Shown: positions 14,532 to 23,750 of the stretch, piece after piece
How positions within the stretch are numbered: position 1 is the first letter of the stretch
Layout: the number at the start of each line of letters is the position of its first letter
IMG/VR virus record: IMGVR_UViG_3300045988_170240
Length of the DNA: 38,977 nucleotides
From: a virus
Strand: one strand, 5' to 3'
Notes under the pieces: model-generated
Told to the model about the DNA's origin: nothing
The model's database searches: none
What the model saw: the letters and a program-made list of their open reading frames with translations, nothing else
Program-made: the position numbers and the translations under genes

Positions 14532-17500
14532 ATGGCATATACTCAGCAGACTAACGAAGCCCTGGCAGCAGGCTTTTCTCTGTCAGAGATTCGTGAACAG
14601 GCTAAGCGTGAAGCTGATGAAGCAATTCAGGCAGGCTTTACTGCTGATGAAGTCTATGAGGGCATCAAAACTGAGTATGGGTTTTCCTTAAAAGATGATC
14701 CTGCAGACCTTGAAGCAGCACAGGATTTTATAGAGGTTGCCACAGTAGATCCTGTATTGGCAGAGAAAGCCGATATGGAAGTTGCACAAGGTAATCCTCG
14801 TCCTGTAGTTGACTGGAAAGAAGCCGTACTTGCTGGGTATCAAAATTCTATCACTGGGTTAGCAGTTCGTGGTGAATTGCCAAATTTGGTCGTACCAGAG
14901 ACTGGAAGTGTTGCACAAAAAGTATTTGCGATGGCTGGTCAAGCTATTGGGGATATACCTGCTCTTGTTGTGGGTGGTGCTGCTGGTGCTACGACTGGCC
15001 CTGCCGCGCCCATAACATCTCCTGCAGCTGCGATGGGTCTTACTGAAGGCCTGCGTACATATATGACTGACATGTATCGTGAGGGTAAGGCAACAACTTG
15101 GACTGAAGTTGTTGACCGTACTCTCAATACTTTGTCATCTGCAGGTAAAGGCGCAGTCATTGGTGCAGCTACTGGTGGAGCAGGTAAATATACTGGTAAG
15201 TTCTTTTCTGAAGCCACTCCGGCTATGAAAACTACGGCGCAGTTATTTTCTGAAATCACCACCATGACTACTGCAGGTTCACTGATGGAAGGCAAAATGC
15301 CTACTGCTGAAGACTTCATGATTGCCAGTATGGGTTTAGGCGGAATGAAGGCTGCAGGTTTTTATTCGAATCGTCTTATGGGCGTATTTGAAGTTACCGG
15401 TAAAACGCCTGAAGCAGTACGCATCAATTCTATCATTGAACCTACTATCAGAGAAGACGTTGCATCTATTAATCTTGAGGTGCCCCGTGCCTATCGATCC
15501 TCGTATCGTCGAGTCTTCACTGAGGGAGTCAATCTTAATCCGGAATCTGCGCCTGCGGGAGTGTGGTATTCTACTAGCAAAAACGCGGCAGAAGCCGCAG
15601 CGAAGAAAACTGAAGGGGCGTCTGTACAAGAATATCAAGTCCACCGCAGCGTTCCAATGTTCCATTATACCGATGCGCGCGGCGCAAGGCTGTTCAAAGA
15701 ATTCCTGAAGACGCCCGAAGGCAAAGCTTCTATGGAGAAAATGGATCCTGAGTTCTTCCAGGAATATCCTAACTTTATTGAGAAGTATAAGAGCGTATCT
15801 CAGGAACGACTGATTCCCACATCTCGTAAGATGTTTGAGAATCCTACACCTGAATTTATTGAATGGTTATCATCTGACAAGTTGTCTCCTGAAGCTATTG
15901 AAACACTGGCTGGAGCAACTAAGGGTAAAAAGGTTCGCGAACTTACGCGTAACATCGAGGGCATTCAAATGGGCTCTCGTATGTTTATTTTCGACCAGAA
16001 AAAAGTATCGGCGGCAAAGGCTGCGCCTAAGGGTGAAATGCCCATAGACGCCGCTCAAGCTGAGTTGCGGCAGAATATTTCCTTGGGTGAAGAGAAAGGT
16101 ACTCGTACATGGTCGGAAATCAAGGATTCGACATACCAGTCATTGGTAGATAAATTTGCTCCTCTCAATACTGGAGCATCTCCGGGTAAAATGACTGAAT
16201 CTCGTGCTATGGCTTCGGCTCTTATGGGGTCGCCTAAAATGGCTATGCACTGGATTGAACATTCGCCATTTAAGTTTGGCAGTCGTGAGAACTTTGGCAT
16301 ACCTCTTGATAAGATAATTAAGGAAGCAGGTGATCCTCGTGGGTTATCTGAATACTTGATTGCTAAGCGTACCATGGAACTGTCTGAGCAAGGTGTAGAT
16401 ACGCGTATTAATCCGGAAGTAGCCTATTCTGTAGGTAAAAATCCGGAGAATGTTGCAAAGTATGACACTGCAGCACAGAAGATCTACGACTACAATAATA
16501 ACCTGCTCGATTACATGAAAGATGCAGGTCTTATCAGTGAACGCCAACTGCGTGACATCAAAGCGAAGAACAAGAAGTACGTTCCCCTTAACGAGGTTGT
16601 TACTGAATTTGAACCGTCATTTGGGGAAGACTTTGCTGCACCCAAGGCCGTCATTATTGACCCACTTGAGAGTGTAGTTCGGAATACCTTTAGTGTCATT
16701 CGAATGGCTGAGTCTAATGCGGTCAAGAAGCAGATTGCCAAGGACTTCGGTCAAGCTGTAGAAGTCAGTCAGCGTGAAAGTCCGCTGTCTCATGATGTAT
16801 CGCGTAAAACGCAGATTACTGTCAGAGAAAATGGTCGTAAGCGCGTATATGCTGTGCCTGAAGAAATTGCTAAGACTGCCAGACAACTGGATATGGATTC
16901 GGCACTCATTTATAATGGTATAATGAAAGGATTGACTGAGGTTGCATCTTGGACTCGTGCAGGTTCTATTACTACGCCTGAATTTGTTGTACGTAACTTG
17001 TTCCGTGACCAGTTTACTGCGGCCATTAGTAATCCAGGTTATATTTATGGATTGAGCGCACTGAAGGGCTTTACTTCGGTTATCAGTAAGCGAACTGGCG
17101 GACGACTCTTTCCCAAGATGGAACAGTATTATTGGGACTGGGCAAAGAACGGCGGTGGCAATGCATCTCTTGTAGCTCTTGACAGAAAGTTCACTCAGGA
17201 AATGATTACTGAGATGGCTAAAGTTCCTGCACGTAATTTGCTCAAGGACCCTGTCAAGAATTATAAAGAAGTCATCAGTATGATTAATCCGTTGAACCTT
17301 CGTAAGGCTCCGGGTATCGTTAAGAGAGCGCTGCAGAGTGCTACTGAGATGACTGATGAAGCCACACGCATTGGTGGGTTTATTGAAGATGTGAATCGTG
17401 GTATATCGCCTTTCGAAGCCGCAGTTAAGTCTAGAGATATTACTCAGGACTCTATGAGAATTGGAGCGGTTACTAAAGGATTCAATGCCATTACGGCATT

Positions 17501-18620
17501 CTTTAATGCCCAGGTTCAAGGTCTCGATAAAACCTATCGTATGGCTAAGGGTGACCCTATCAGGTTTATGTCAGGTGTGGGGGCAGGAATAGTTCTGCCA
17601 TCTTTGCTTCTGTCATTAGTTAATAATGACATTATGTACAATAGCCCTGACTCTGATACTGCTAAGGCATTGAGGAACGTACCGGACTGGCAGCGTGCTA
17701 CATGTTGGATTGTTCCTACTCCTTGGGCGGTATTGCGTATTCCTAAGCCCCAGGAATTGGCAGTAATTGCAGCAGCCCCAGTCGAAATGTTTGTTGACTG
17801 GGTATATGAAAACAAAGATAGAAGTCTCCTGCAGAAAATGTGGGATGACGGATTTTTTGACGCCGTTAGTGATCAGATTATACCTAGTGTTATGCCTTCA
17901 GCTATTGCACCTGTATATGAATCTGCGGCTAACTATAGTTTCTTTACCGGAAACCCCATTATTCCATCATTCATGGAAGATATGTTTCCGCAGACGCAAT
18001 ATAAGGCCAACACAACTGAGATTGCTAAGAGCCTGTCGCGTGTCCTCAATTATCTGGACCCTGTAGCAGAAACAGCAATTGGTAGACGTGCATCTTCTCC
18101 ACTTATTATGGAACATCTTGTGAGAGGATGGACGGGTCAGGTAGGACAATATGTCCTTTCTGCCTTGGATACTGCGGCGCAAGAAGCGGGAATTATAGAC
18201 AAAGTAGAACGCGCGGCGCCGACTCTTGCTGACTTACCAGTAGTTAAGTCGTTTGTTTTCAGATATCCTAGCGTGAGTGCTAAAGCAATTGAAGACTTTC
18301 AGACAAAGGCAGGTCGGCTTGAGAATCGTCTGAAGTCAGTAAATATGCTTATGAAAGAGGGTACTGGCGTTGCAGCAGCTATGGCTGAAGAGCTTATGAA
18401 TAGCGGACCTATGGGCCAGTTTACTGGTGTACGGTCTTCTCTAAATAACATGAGCAAAGCTGTCAGAATGATTCAGTTCAATGAAGATATGGATGCGGAT
18501 GAAAAGCGACAGCTAGTCGATCAGATTTATAGTGAAATGATCGATGTCGCAGAACAAGGTCTTCTTGTCATCGACGAGGTTAATAAGGCCTATAAGGAGG
18601 TGAAGAATGCTGATAAGTAA
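14532..18620 (+). CDS. Large internal virion / ejectosome protein (1362 aa)
   Basis: ORF of gp16-like size immediately before the tail-fibre genes. Confidence 0.5.
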   Translation: MAYTQQTNEALAAGFSLSEIREQAKREADEAIQAGFTADEVYEGIKTEYGFSLKDDPADLEAAQDFIEVATVDPVLAEKADMEVAQGNPRPVVDWKEAVLAGYQNSITGLAVRGELPNLVVPETGSVAQKVFAMAGQAIGDIPALVVGGAAGATTGPAAPITSPAAAMGLTEGLRTYMTDMYREGKATTWTEVVDRTLNTLSSAGKGAVIGAATGGAGKYTGKFFSEATPAMKTTAQLFSEITTMTTAGSLMEGKMPTAEDFMIASMGLGGMKAAGFYSNRLMGVFEVTGKTPEAVRINSIIEPTIREDVASINLEVPRAYRSSYRRVFTEGVNLNPESAPAGVWYSTSKNAAEAAAKKTEGASVQEYQVHRSVPMFHYTDARGARLFKEFLKTPEGKASMEKMDPEFFQEYPNFIEKYKSVSQERLIPTSRKMFENPTPEFIEWLSSDKLSPEAIETLAGATKGKKVRELTRNIEGIQMGSRMFIFDQKKVSAAKAAPKGEMPIDAAQAELRQNISLGEEKGTRTWSEIKDSTYQSLVDKFAPLNTGASPGKMTESRAMASALMGSPKMAMHWIEHSPFKFGSRENFGIPLDKIIKEAGDPRGLSEYLIAKRTMELSEQGVDTRINPEVAYSVGKNPENVAKYDTAAQKIYDYNNNLLDYMKDAGLISERQLRDIKAKNKKYVPLNEVVTEFEPSFGEDFAAPKAVIIDPLESVVRNTFSVIRMAESNAVKKQIAKDFGQAVEVSQRESPLSHDVSRKTQITVRENGRKRVYAVPEEIAKTARQLDMDSALIYNGIMKGLTEVASWTRAGSITTPEFVVRNLFRDQFTAAISNPGYIYGLSALKGFTSVISKRTGGRLFPKMEQYYWDWAKNGGGNASLVALDRKFTQEMITEMAKVPARNLLKDPVKNYKEVISMINPLNLRKAPGIVKRALQSATEMTDEATRIGGFIEDVNRGISPFEAAVKSRDITQDSMRIGAVTKGFNAITAFFNAQVQGLDKTYRMAKGDPIRFMSGVGAGIVLPSLLLSLVNNDIMYNSPDSDTAKALRNVPDWQRATCWIVPTPWAVLRIPKPQELAVIAAAPVEMFVDWVYENKDRSLLQKMWDDGFFDAVSDQIIPSVMPSAIAPVYESAANYSFFTGNPIIPSFMEDMFPQTQYKANTTEIAKSLSRVLNYLDPVAETAIGRRASSPLIMEHLVRGWTGQVGQYVLSALDTAAQEAGIIDKVERAAPTLADLPVVKSFVFRYPSVSAKAIEDFQTKAGRLENRLKSVNMLMKEGTGVAAAMAEELMNSGPMGQFTGVRSSLNNMSKAVRMIQFNEDMDADEKRQLVDQIYSEMIDVAEQGLLVIDEVNKAYKEVKNADK

Positions 18621-19545
18621 TAACGTGTTTAAGAACCGTTATGTTTGGGACGGTTCACAAACCAACTTCCCAATTTCATTCCCATTCCTCGATAACAGCC
18701 ATATCCAGGTATGGTATGCTATGCCGGGTAAGCCGGATACTGACGCGGCCATTTTGGACCAGCAATATTATTCGGTTACTGGAGCCGGCAATCCTGTAGG
18801 TGGTGTTCTCACGCGTACTAAGCCATGGGATGTTGGTGCTATCATTGCTATCGTGCGAAATGTACCTATCACGCAGTTGCATCAGTACACGCAGTATGAC
18901 AACTTCCCCGCCAAGTCGCATGAAGATGCCTTGGCCAAACTGACAATGATTTGTCAGCAATTGGATGAAATCTGCTCGCGTGCGATGACTGTGCCGGTCA
19001 CGTCTGAGAAAAACCCCCAGGAATACTGGCAGCATATCCTCGAACAGAACCAAATTGCTCTTGAAGCATCCTTGCGTGCTGTTGCTGCTGCTGAACAAGC
19101 TGAGACTTGTAAGACACAAGCTTGCCGGTGTGCAACGGAAGCTCAAGAAATCCGGTCTGAACTTTTCGGCCTATCCTTCTCCGCACATCTTTCCCCGTCT
19201 CCCAATGTTGCGGTCCAGTACACGCCGGAAACGGGGATGGTACATTTCTATGTTCCCCCAGGGCCGCAGGGGCCACAGGGTAACCCTGGTATTGGACTTA
19301 TAGGCGAAAGAGGACCTATAGGTGAAAAAGGAGATAAAGGAGATAAAGGAGAAAAGGGAGATCAAGGAAATCCTGCTCCGGCTGGCGAACGTGGGGAAAA
19401 AGGCCCTATGGGTGATGCGCCATGGGCTACCTGTTTTGGACATTTCCGCCTTTCCGGTGCTGATCTTCTTCTCGACTACACAGGGGCGACACTGGATTCA
19501 GCTTTTTCTGTCAACGCCAATGGGCAACTTGAGGTAACATTCTGA
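18607..19545 (+). CDS. Tail fibre protein with a collagen-like Gly-X-Y run (about 17 triplets: GPQGPQGNPGIGLIGERGPIGEKGDKGDKGEKGDQGNP...)
   Basis: Collagen-like repeat read in translation; tandem 9-bp DNA repeats ggagataaa at 19320-19375. Confidence 0.6.
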   Translation: MLISNNVFKNRYVWDGSQTNFPISFPFLDNSHIQVWYAMPGKPDTDAAILDQQYYSVTGAGNPVGGVLTRTKPWDVGAIIAIVRNVPITQLHQYTQYDNFPAKSHEDALAKLTMICQQLDEICSRAMTVPVTSEKNPQEYWQHILEQNQIALEASLRAVAAAEQAETCKTQACRCATEAQEIRSELFGLSFSAHLSPSPNVAVQYTPETGMVHFYVPPGPQGPQGNPGIGLIGERGPIGEKGDKGDKGEKGDQGNPAPAGERGEKGPMGDAPWATCFGHFRLSGADLLLDYTGATLDSAFSVNANGQLEVTF

Positions 19546-20651
19546 TGCCTACTCTTAATCTCGGACAAGTACGTCCAGTTTATCGCGGCGCTTGGAATTC
19601 TATAGACACGTATGTCACATATGATTTTGTTATTTATAACGGTTCTGCATATTTGGCATTGAAAGACGTTCCAGCCAATTATGAACCGCCTAGTCAGACT
19701 GAGTATTGGGTTCTCTTCGGTGCAAAAGGCGAACCTGGCGCACGGGGTGCAGACGGGGCAGACGGGGCACAGGGTGAGCGTGGACCCTCTCCGGCATACC
19801 GCTGGGATGGTACTTTTTTGTCAATACAAAACCCTGACGGAACATTTCCCGATCAGGGTGTAAACTTACAAGGCCCTGCCGTACCGCTTTCTAATAGCGT
19901 CACAAGTACAAGTGAAACTGACGCTGCTTCTTCATTGGCTGTAAAAACGGCCTATGATGCCGCCAAATCCAATTTGTCACTGTCCGGCGGGACAGTGACT
20001 GGAAGTCTTTCGATCAAGAATATGCTTGATACCATCGGGACTGCGCCAGCTACGGAGCAAGAACTTGGGCTGTACAATCTCGATAAAAATGGCAATATCA
20101 TGGGAGGCCATGATTTTGTACATAATACGGAGAACCTTAAAGTTTCTCAGATGTATGCTCGAAACAGCAGCGGTTTGATTTCTTCCCTGGGTGTTTATGC
20201 CGAAGAAGACGGAACGCGGTACACGTTGTCGTCACACAACTTGATTTTGACAAGCGATGTCGAGATTGGACGGTTATATGCTGACGGCGTAAGGCTCATA
20301 ACATTTTCGGGAACAAAAAGCAGCCCCGGCCTTACGATGCGGTACAGCCCGGATAACGGTGAGCTATATCTCGACGGCAGAGCCATACATGGGAAAGCAG
20401 ATACGGCAAAAAATGCCGATTTTGCGACTGAGGCACAGAACAGCTACGGGCTCAAAGGCATGGATATGATCATTGCAAAACAGACGCATACATTACCTGG
20501 GTACGGTACGTGGAAATACATGTATTTTATTGCTGACAGTGAACATTTTTATGATGTAGTCATAGGCGAAGATCCGGGTGGAACCGTTTTGTCGGTGTCA
20601 GCTTGGGGGAGCTCCGCTTTCATGGACGGGATAGCTTTCAGAAGCGCATAG
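19545..20651 (+). CDS. Second tail fibre / receptor-binding protein with a collagen-like run (GAKGEPGARGADGADGAQGERGPS)
   Basis: ATGA overlap with the upstream fibre gene; fibre-like N-terminal region YRGAWNSIDTYVTYDFVIYNGSAY. Confidence 0.55.
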   Translation: MPTLNLGQVRPVYRGAWNSIDTYVTYDFVIYNGSAYLALKDVPANYEPPSQTEYWVLFGAKGEPGARGADGADGAQGERGPSPAYRWDGTFLSIQNPDGTFPDQGVNLQGPAVPLSNSVTSTSETDAASSLAVKTAYDAAKSNLSLSGGTVTGSLSIKNMLDTIGTAPATEQELGLYNLDKNGNIMGGHDFVHNTENLKVSQMYARNSSGLISSLGVYAEEDGTRYTLSSHNLILTSDVEIGRLYADGVRLITFSGTKSSPGLTMRYSPDNGELYLDGRAIHGKADTAKNADFATEAQNSYGLKGMDMIIAKQTHTLPGYGTWKYMYFIADSEHFYDVVIGEDPGGTVLSVSAWGSSAFMDGIAFRSA

Positions 20652-20661
20652 GAGAAGCAAA

Positions 20662-21093
20662 ATGGCGAAAGACTACGGAACCATCATCTACAGAAAAGAG
20701 ACACGCTCATACGTTGTCGGTAAGCTCTGCGTGCCGCATCCCGATGATGATAATGTCCCCGATGAAGTACGCCGTCAGTTCTCAGCACTGTGGGCTGATG
20801 TCGATGCTTATGCAAAAGCGCATCCGGACATGGTGACGGAAGAGCAAGCATACGTCCCGCCCGTACCGACAGTAAAAGAACTTGCGGCTCGCGTACGTGC
20901 CGAGCGTAATAGACGCATCACCGCAACAGATTACCTTGTCATGCCTGACTATCCTCTTGATACTGACAAGCTTGAAGAGATCAAGGTGTATCGGCAAGCG
21001 CTCCGCGATTTGCCGCAACAGCCGGGGTTCCCGTGGGGTGGGCCGGATGATCCTGCCTGCCCGTGGCCTGTAGTGCCTATCCTTAATAGGTAA
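20662..21093 (+). CDS. Tail fibre assembly chaperone (Tfa-like, 143 aa)
   Basis: C-terminal motif TDYLVMPDYPL...YRQALRDLPQQPGFPW characteristic of caudoviral tail-fibre assembly proteins. Confidence 0.65.
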   Translation: MAKDYGTIIYRKETRSYVVGKLCVPHPDDDNVPDEVRRQFSALWADVDAYAKAHPDMVTEEQAYVPPVPTVKELAARVRAERNRRITATDYLVMPDYPLDTDKLEEIKVYRQALRDLPQQPGFPWGGPDDPACPWPVVPILNR

Positions 21094-21097
21094 CGCT

Positions 21098-21235
21098 ATG
21101 GCAAACAGAACGCAGATACTTAACACGGCACTGATGCGTGCCGGGGCGCAGGACATCAACCTAGCGTTTCAGGATACACCAGCGGTACAGGCGGTAGAGG
21201 AAGTGACCCGGCGAATTCAGTATTCACATGATTAA
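21098..21235 (+). CDS. Possible small ORF (45 aa) ending inside the left 32-bp cassette-boundary repeat
   Basis: ATG with weak AGGT upstream; below the 60-aa ORF-track threshold. Confidence 0.25.
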   Translation: MANRTQILNTALMRAGAQDINLAFQDTPAVQAVEEVTRRIQYSHD

Positions 21236-21250
21236 GGGGTAACTGATGAA

Positions 21251-21634
21251 ATGGGCGGTATCATTAACAATATTATCATGTGCGCAGACGATTTTCCTGA
21301 AGCGCCCAATGAGCGTATTGATATTACTTCTAGCCCTTGGCTTCGTATAGGAGATCCCATTGATTTGGAAGATCCTTCGACCATTGAATTGGAGACGATT
21401 GAAGCGCGTGAGCAAGAGTTTATGGCAAGGATGGACAATCTTGACAAACAGCAAATTCGTCCATTAGCCACACTCTATGTACTTAAACAAGCGTCACCAG
21501 AAGACGAGAATATTTTGTATATGGCTGAGATGCAGAAACAGGCATATAGGAATGTGCACGATGAACTTATGATTACGGCGATTCGTGACTGGCAACCGAT
21601 CGTCGAAGCCGAATATGTGCGAATCACGTCATAA
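21251..21634 (+). CDS. Acidic hypothetical protein (127 aa); first gene of the repeat-flanked cassette
   Basis: ORF; an alternative ATG at 21246 opens a different frame (34-aa hydrophobic peptide). Confidence 0.45.
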   Translation: MGGIINNIIMCADDFPEAPNERIDITSSPWLRIGDPIDLEDPSTIELETIEAREQEFMARMDNLDKQQIRPLATLYVLKQASPEDENILYMAEMQKQAYRNVHDELMITAIRDWQPIVEAEYVRITS

Positions 21635-21752
21635 TTAAATATTCTCTACGAGAAATGTCTGAGAAAAATAATGTACAAATCCCAGACATTGTGGTATTAT
21701 ACTAACAATGTCTGGGCTATCCCATAACCCTGTAACATGTAGGAGGTTTGTA

Positions 21753-22685
21753 ATGTTCAAGTATGCACCGGGTATGGAATCCGGTCTTGGCGCGACTCTT
21801 AACATGATGCGTAAGCATGCGGAGCCCGATGGTGACGAGGGAACTACTGTTACCAACATTTTTAACATGGAAGACAAGGAGTCTGGTATAAACGACATCG
21901 CTGGCCTTATGGCACTCATGCAGAACAACAAGGGTATGGACCTTCCCGGCATTCTCGCGCTTTGTCAGCAGAAGGGCTACGGCCGTGAAGGCGGCGGTTG
22001 GGGCGACGGCATGGGTCTGCTCGTCATCCTGTTGTTCTTCCTCATGTTCAACAACGGTGGTTGGGGCAATAATGGCAACAAGGCCTGTGCTGAAGGTCTG
22101 GTCGGCGCCGATAACTGCCAGCGTATCATTGGTCTGTATGACCGCATTTCCGCCGCTCAGGCTGCAAGCACTCAGGGCTTCTTCCAGCTCGACACCAAGC
22201 TGTGTTCGTCCATTGCCGAAGTCATCGCGTCCGTGCGCAACCAGGGTGACCGCACCTACGATGCCACGCGCAACGTGGGCGACGCCGTGCGCGATTGCTG
22301 CTGCAAGGTTGAAGCACAGCTTGCTACCGTATTGTGCGAAATCCGTGGTGTCCAGCGTGATATCCGCGAATCCTCCGGCCTCATCAACGCCAAGATTGAG
22401 CTTGAAGCCCTGAAGGCTGAAAATGCCCGTGCCGCTATGGAATGCCGCCTTGTGCAGGCCCAGAAGGACTGCTGCTGCGAAATGAACCAGCGGTTTGACC
22501 GCCTCGATTGCAAGCTGGACAACATGCAGCGTGACAGCGAAATTGCTCGCCTGACGCGCGAAAATGAAGCGCTCAAGAACAAGGCCATTGCCGATTCCAC
22601 GGCCGCCTCGGTTGTGCAGTCCCTGCAGGACTTCGCCATCAGCCACTATAAGCCCACTCAGACTGCTACGGCTCCGACCGCGTAA
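21753..22685 (+). CDS. Membrane-anchored coiled-coil protein (310 aa) with two D-C-C-C motifs
   Basis: RBS AGGAGG before ATG 21753; central hydrophobic segment GMGLLVILLFFLMFNNGGWG; C-terminal coiled-coil repeats each containing a DCCCK/DCCCE motif. Confidence 0.5.
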   Translation: MFKYAPGMESGLGATLNMMRKHAEPDGDEGTTVTNIFNMEDKESGINDIAGLMALMQNNKGMDLPGILALCQQKGYGREGGGWGDGMGLLVILLFFLMFNNGGWGNNGNKACAEGLVGADNCQRIIGLYDRISAAQAASTQGFFQLDTKLCSSIAEVIASVRNQGDRTYDATRNVGDAVRDCCCKVEAQLATVLCEIRGVQRDIRESSGLINAKIELEALKAENARAAMECRLVQAQKDCCCEMNQRFDRLDCKLDNMQRDSEIARLTRENEALKNKAIADSTAASVVQSLQDFAISHYKPTQTATAPTA

Positions 22686-22697
22686 GGGAGGTAGCCA

Positions 22698-23300
22698 ATG
22701 GCAGAAGATCAGGGGTATCGGGGACCTTTTGCTCCGACGAGTCCTGCTCCTAAGCAGGGCTTCGCACACAATGAGGAATCCTCCCATGAACGTAGGAAGG
22801 AATACCGTGATCAGGGCTCGTTGTTTACGTATGTCCCGAATGGCGGTGAAGTAGAACCCCAACACCAACACCATGACCGTGAACGTGAACATGACCGTCG
22901 CGATGATCGCAGAGATGAACGTCGCAACGACCGTTATGATGATCGCCGTGATTGGAACCAAGACCGGTATTCGGAAAGGTCTGAACATCCGTTCAAGGAA
23001 CTGATGGGCATAGTGCGACCCCTTATCAAGGACTTGAGAGAGTCCTATGGTAAAAAGAATGAATACGCCAACGAAAAGGGATTCGACGATATTGAACGTA
23101 TCGAAGATGAACTTGAAGGTTGGTTGGGGTACCGAGATCTGGCGAAAAAGGATCCGCGTTACAAGCATGTGTCGAAGCAGGAATTCGGCCATATGCTTCT
23201 CGCAATTCAGGATCTCCTTCAATACATTTACGAGGAAACTCGTGAAAATCCTGAAGAACACCAGGAACTGTACAACTTCATTCACATGATTAAGGGGTAA
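22698..23300 (+). CDS. Highly charged protein (200 aa) with an RD/RE dipeptide repeat tract (HDREREHDRRDDRRDERRNDRYDDRRD)
   Basis: RBS AAGGGAGG; low-complexity Arg/Asp repeat read in translation. Confidence 0.5.
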   Translation: MAEDQGYRGPFAPTSPAPKQGFAHNEESSHERRKEYRDQGSLFTYVPNGGEVEPQHQHHDREREHDRRDDRRDERRNDRYDDRRDWNQDRYSERSEHPFKELMGIVRPLIKDLRESYGKKNEYANEKGFDDIERIEDELEGWLGYRDLAKKDPRYKHVSKQEFGHMLLAIQDLLQYIYEETRENPEEHQELYNFIHMIKG

Positions 23301-23303
23301 GTG

Positions 23304-23750
23304 ATGGAATGGCCCAGACAGCTGCTCGATAAGGTGGAAGAGTTTGAAGGCTTCAGTGAAAAGCCATATATCTGTCCAGCCGGATATTGGACTATCGGCT
23401 TTGGCACTCTCTGTGATAAATCGCATGCTCCTGTGACCAGAGAAGAAGCCGAGGCCTTGCTCATTGAAGAGCTGGACAGATGTTATAATGAAGCACTCAT
23501 CCAGTGCTCAGTGCTTCGCAAAGAGCCTGCTCATCGCGCTCAGGCTATTGCGGTATGGATGCACAATCTTGGCTCTGGAGCTTTTGCCTCTTCCACTTTC
23601 AAAAAGAAGGTGAATGCAAAAGAATGGTATGATGCCGCTCGTGAAATGATTCGTTGGACTAAGGCCACAGTGAAAGGCCAAAAGGTCGAACTTGGTGGGC
23701 TGGTTCGGCGGAGATTTTACGAGGCAAGCGTCTTCCTGAATGGTGCGTAA
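23304..23750 (+). CDS. Endolysin, T4-lysozyme-like GH24 muramidase (148 aa from ATG 23304; the track start 23301 is GTG)
   Basis: N-terminal catalytic region EFEGFSEKPYICPAGYWTIGFGT typical of phage lysozymes. Confidence 0.8.
   Translation: MEWPRQLLDKVEEFEGFSEKPYICPAGYWTIGFGTLCDKSHAPVTREEAEALLIEELDRCYNEALIQCSVLRKEPAHRAQAIAVWMHNLGSGAFASSTFKKKVNAKEWYDAAREMIRWTKATVKGQKVELGGLVRRRFYEASVFLNGA

Noticed and set aside
16617-17519. 300-aa ORF on the - strand inside the 1362-aa virion protein gene
   Set aside because: Antisense shadow ORF. No start context. Arg/Ser/Cys-rich composition typical of an antisense frame.
21717-23426. 569-aa ORF on the - strand
   Set aside because: Antisense to three well-supported + strand genes (CCC-motif protein, RD-repeat protein, lysozyme start). 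Low-complexity translation with no RBS context. Stop-poor antisense frame artefact.
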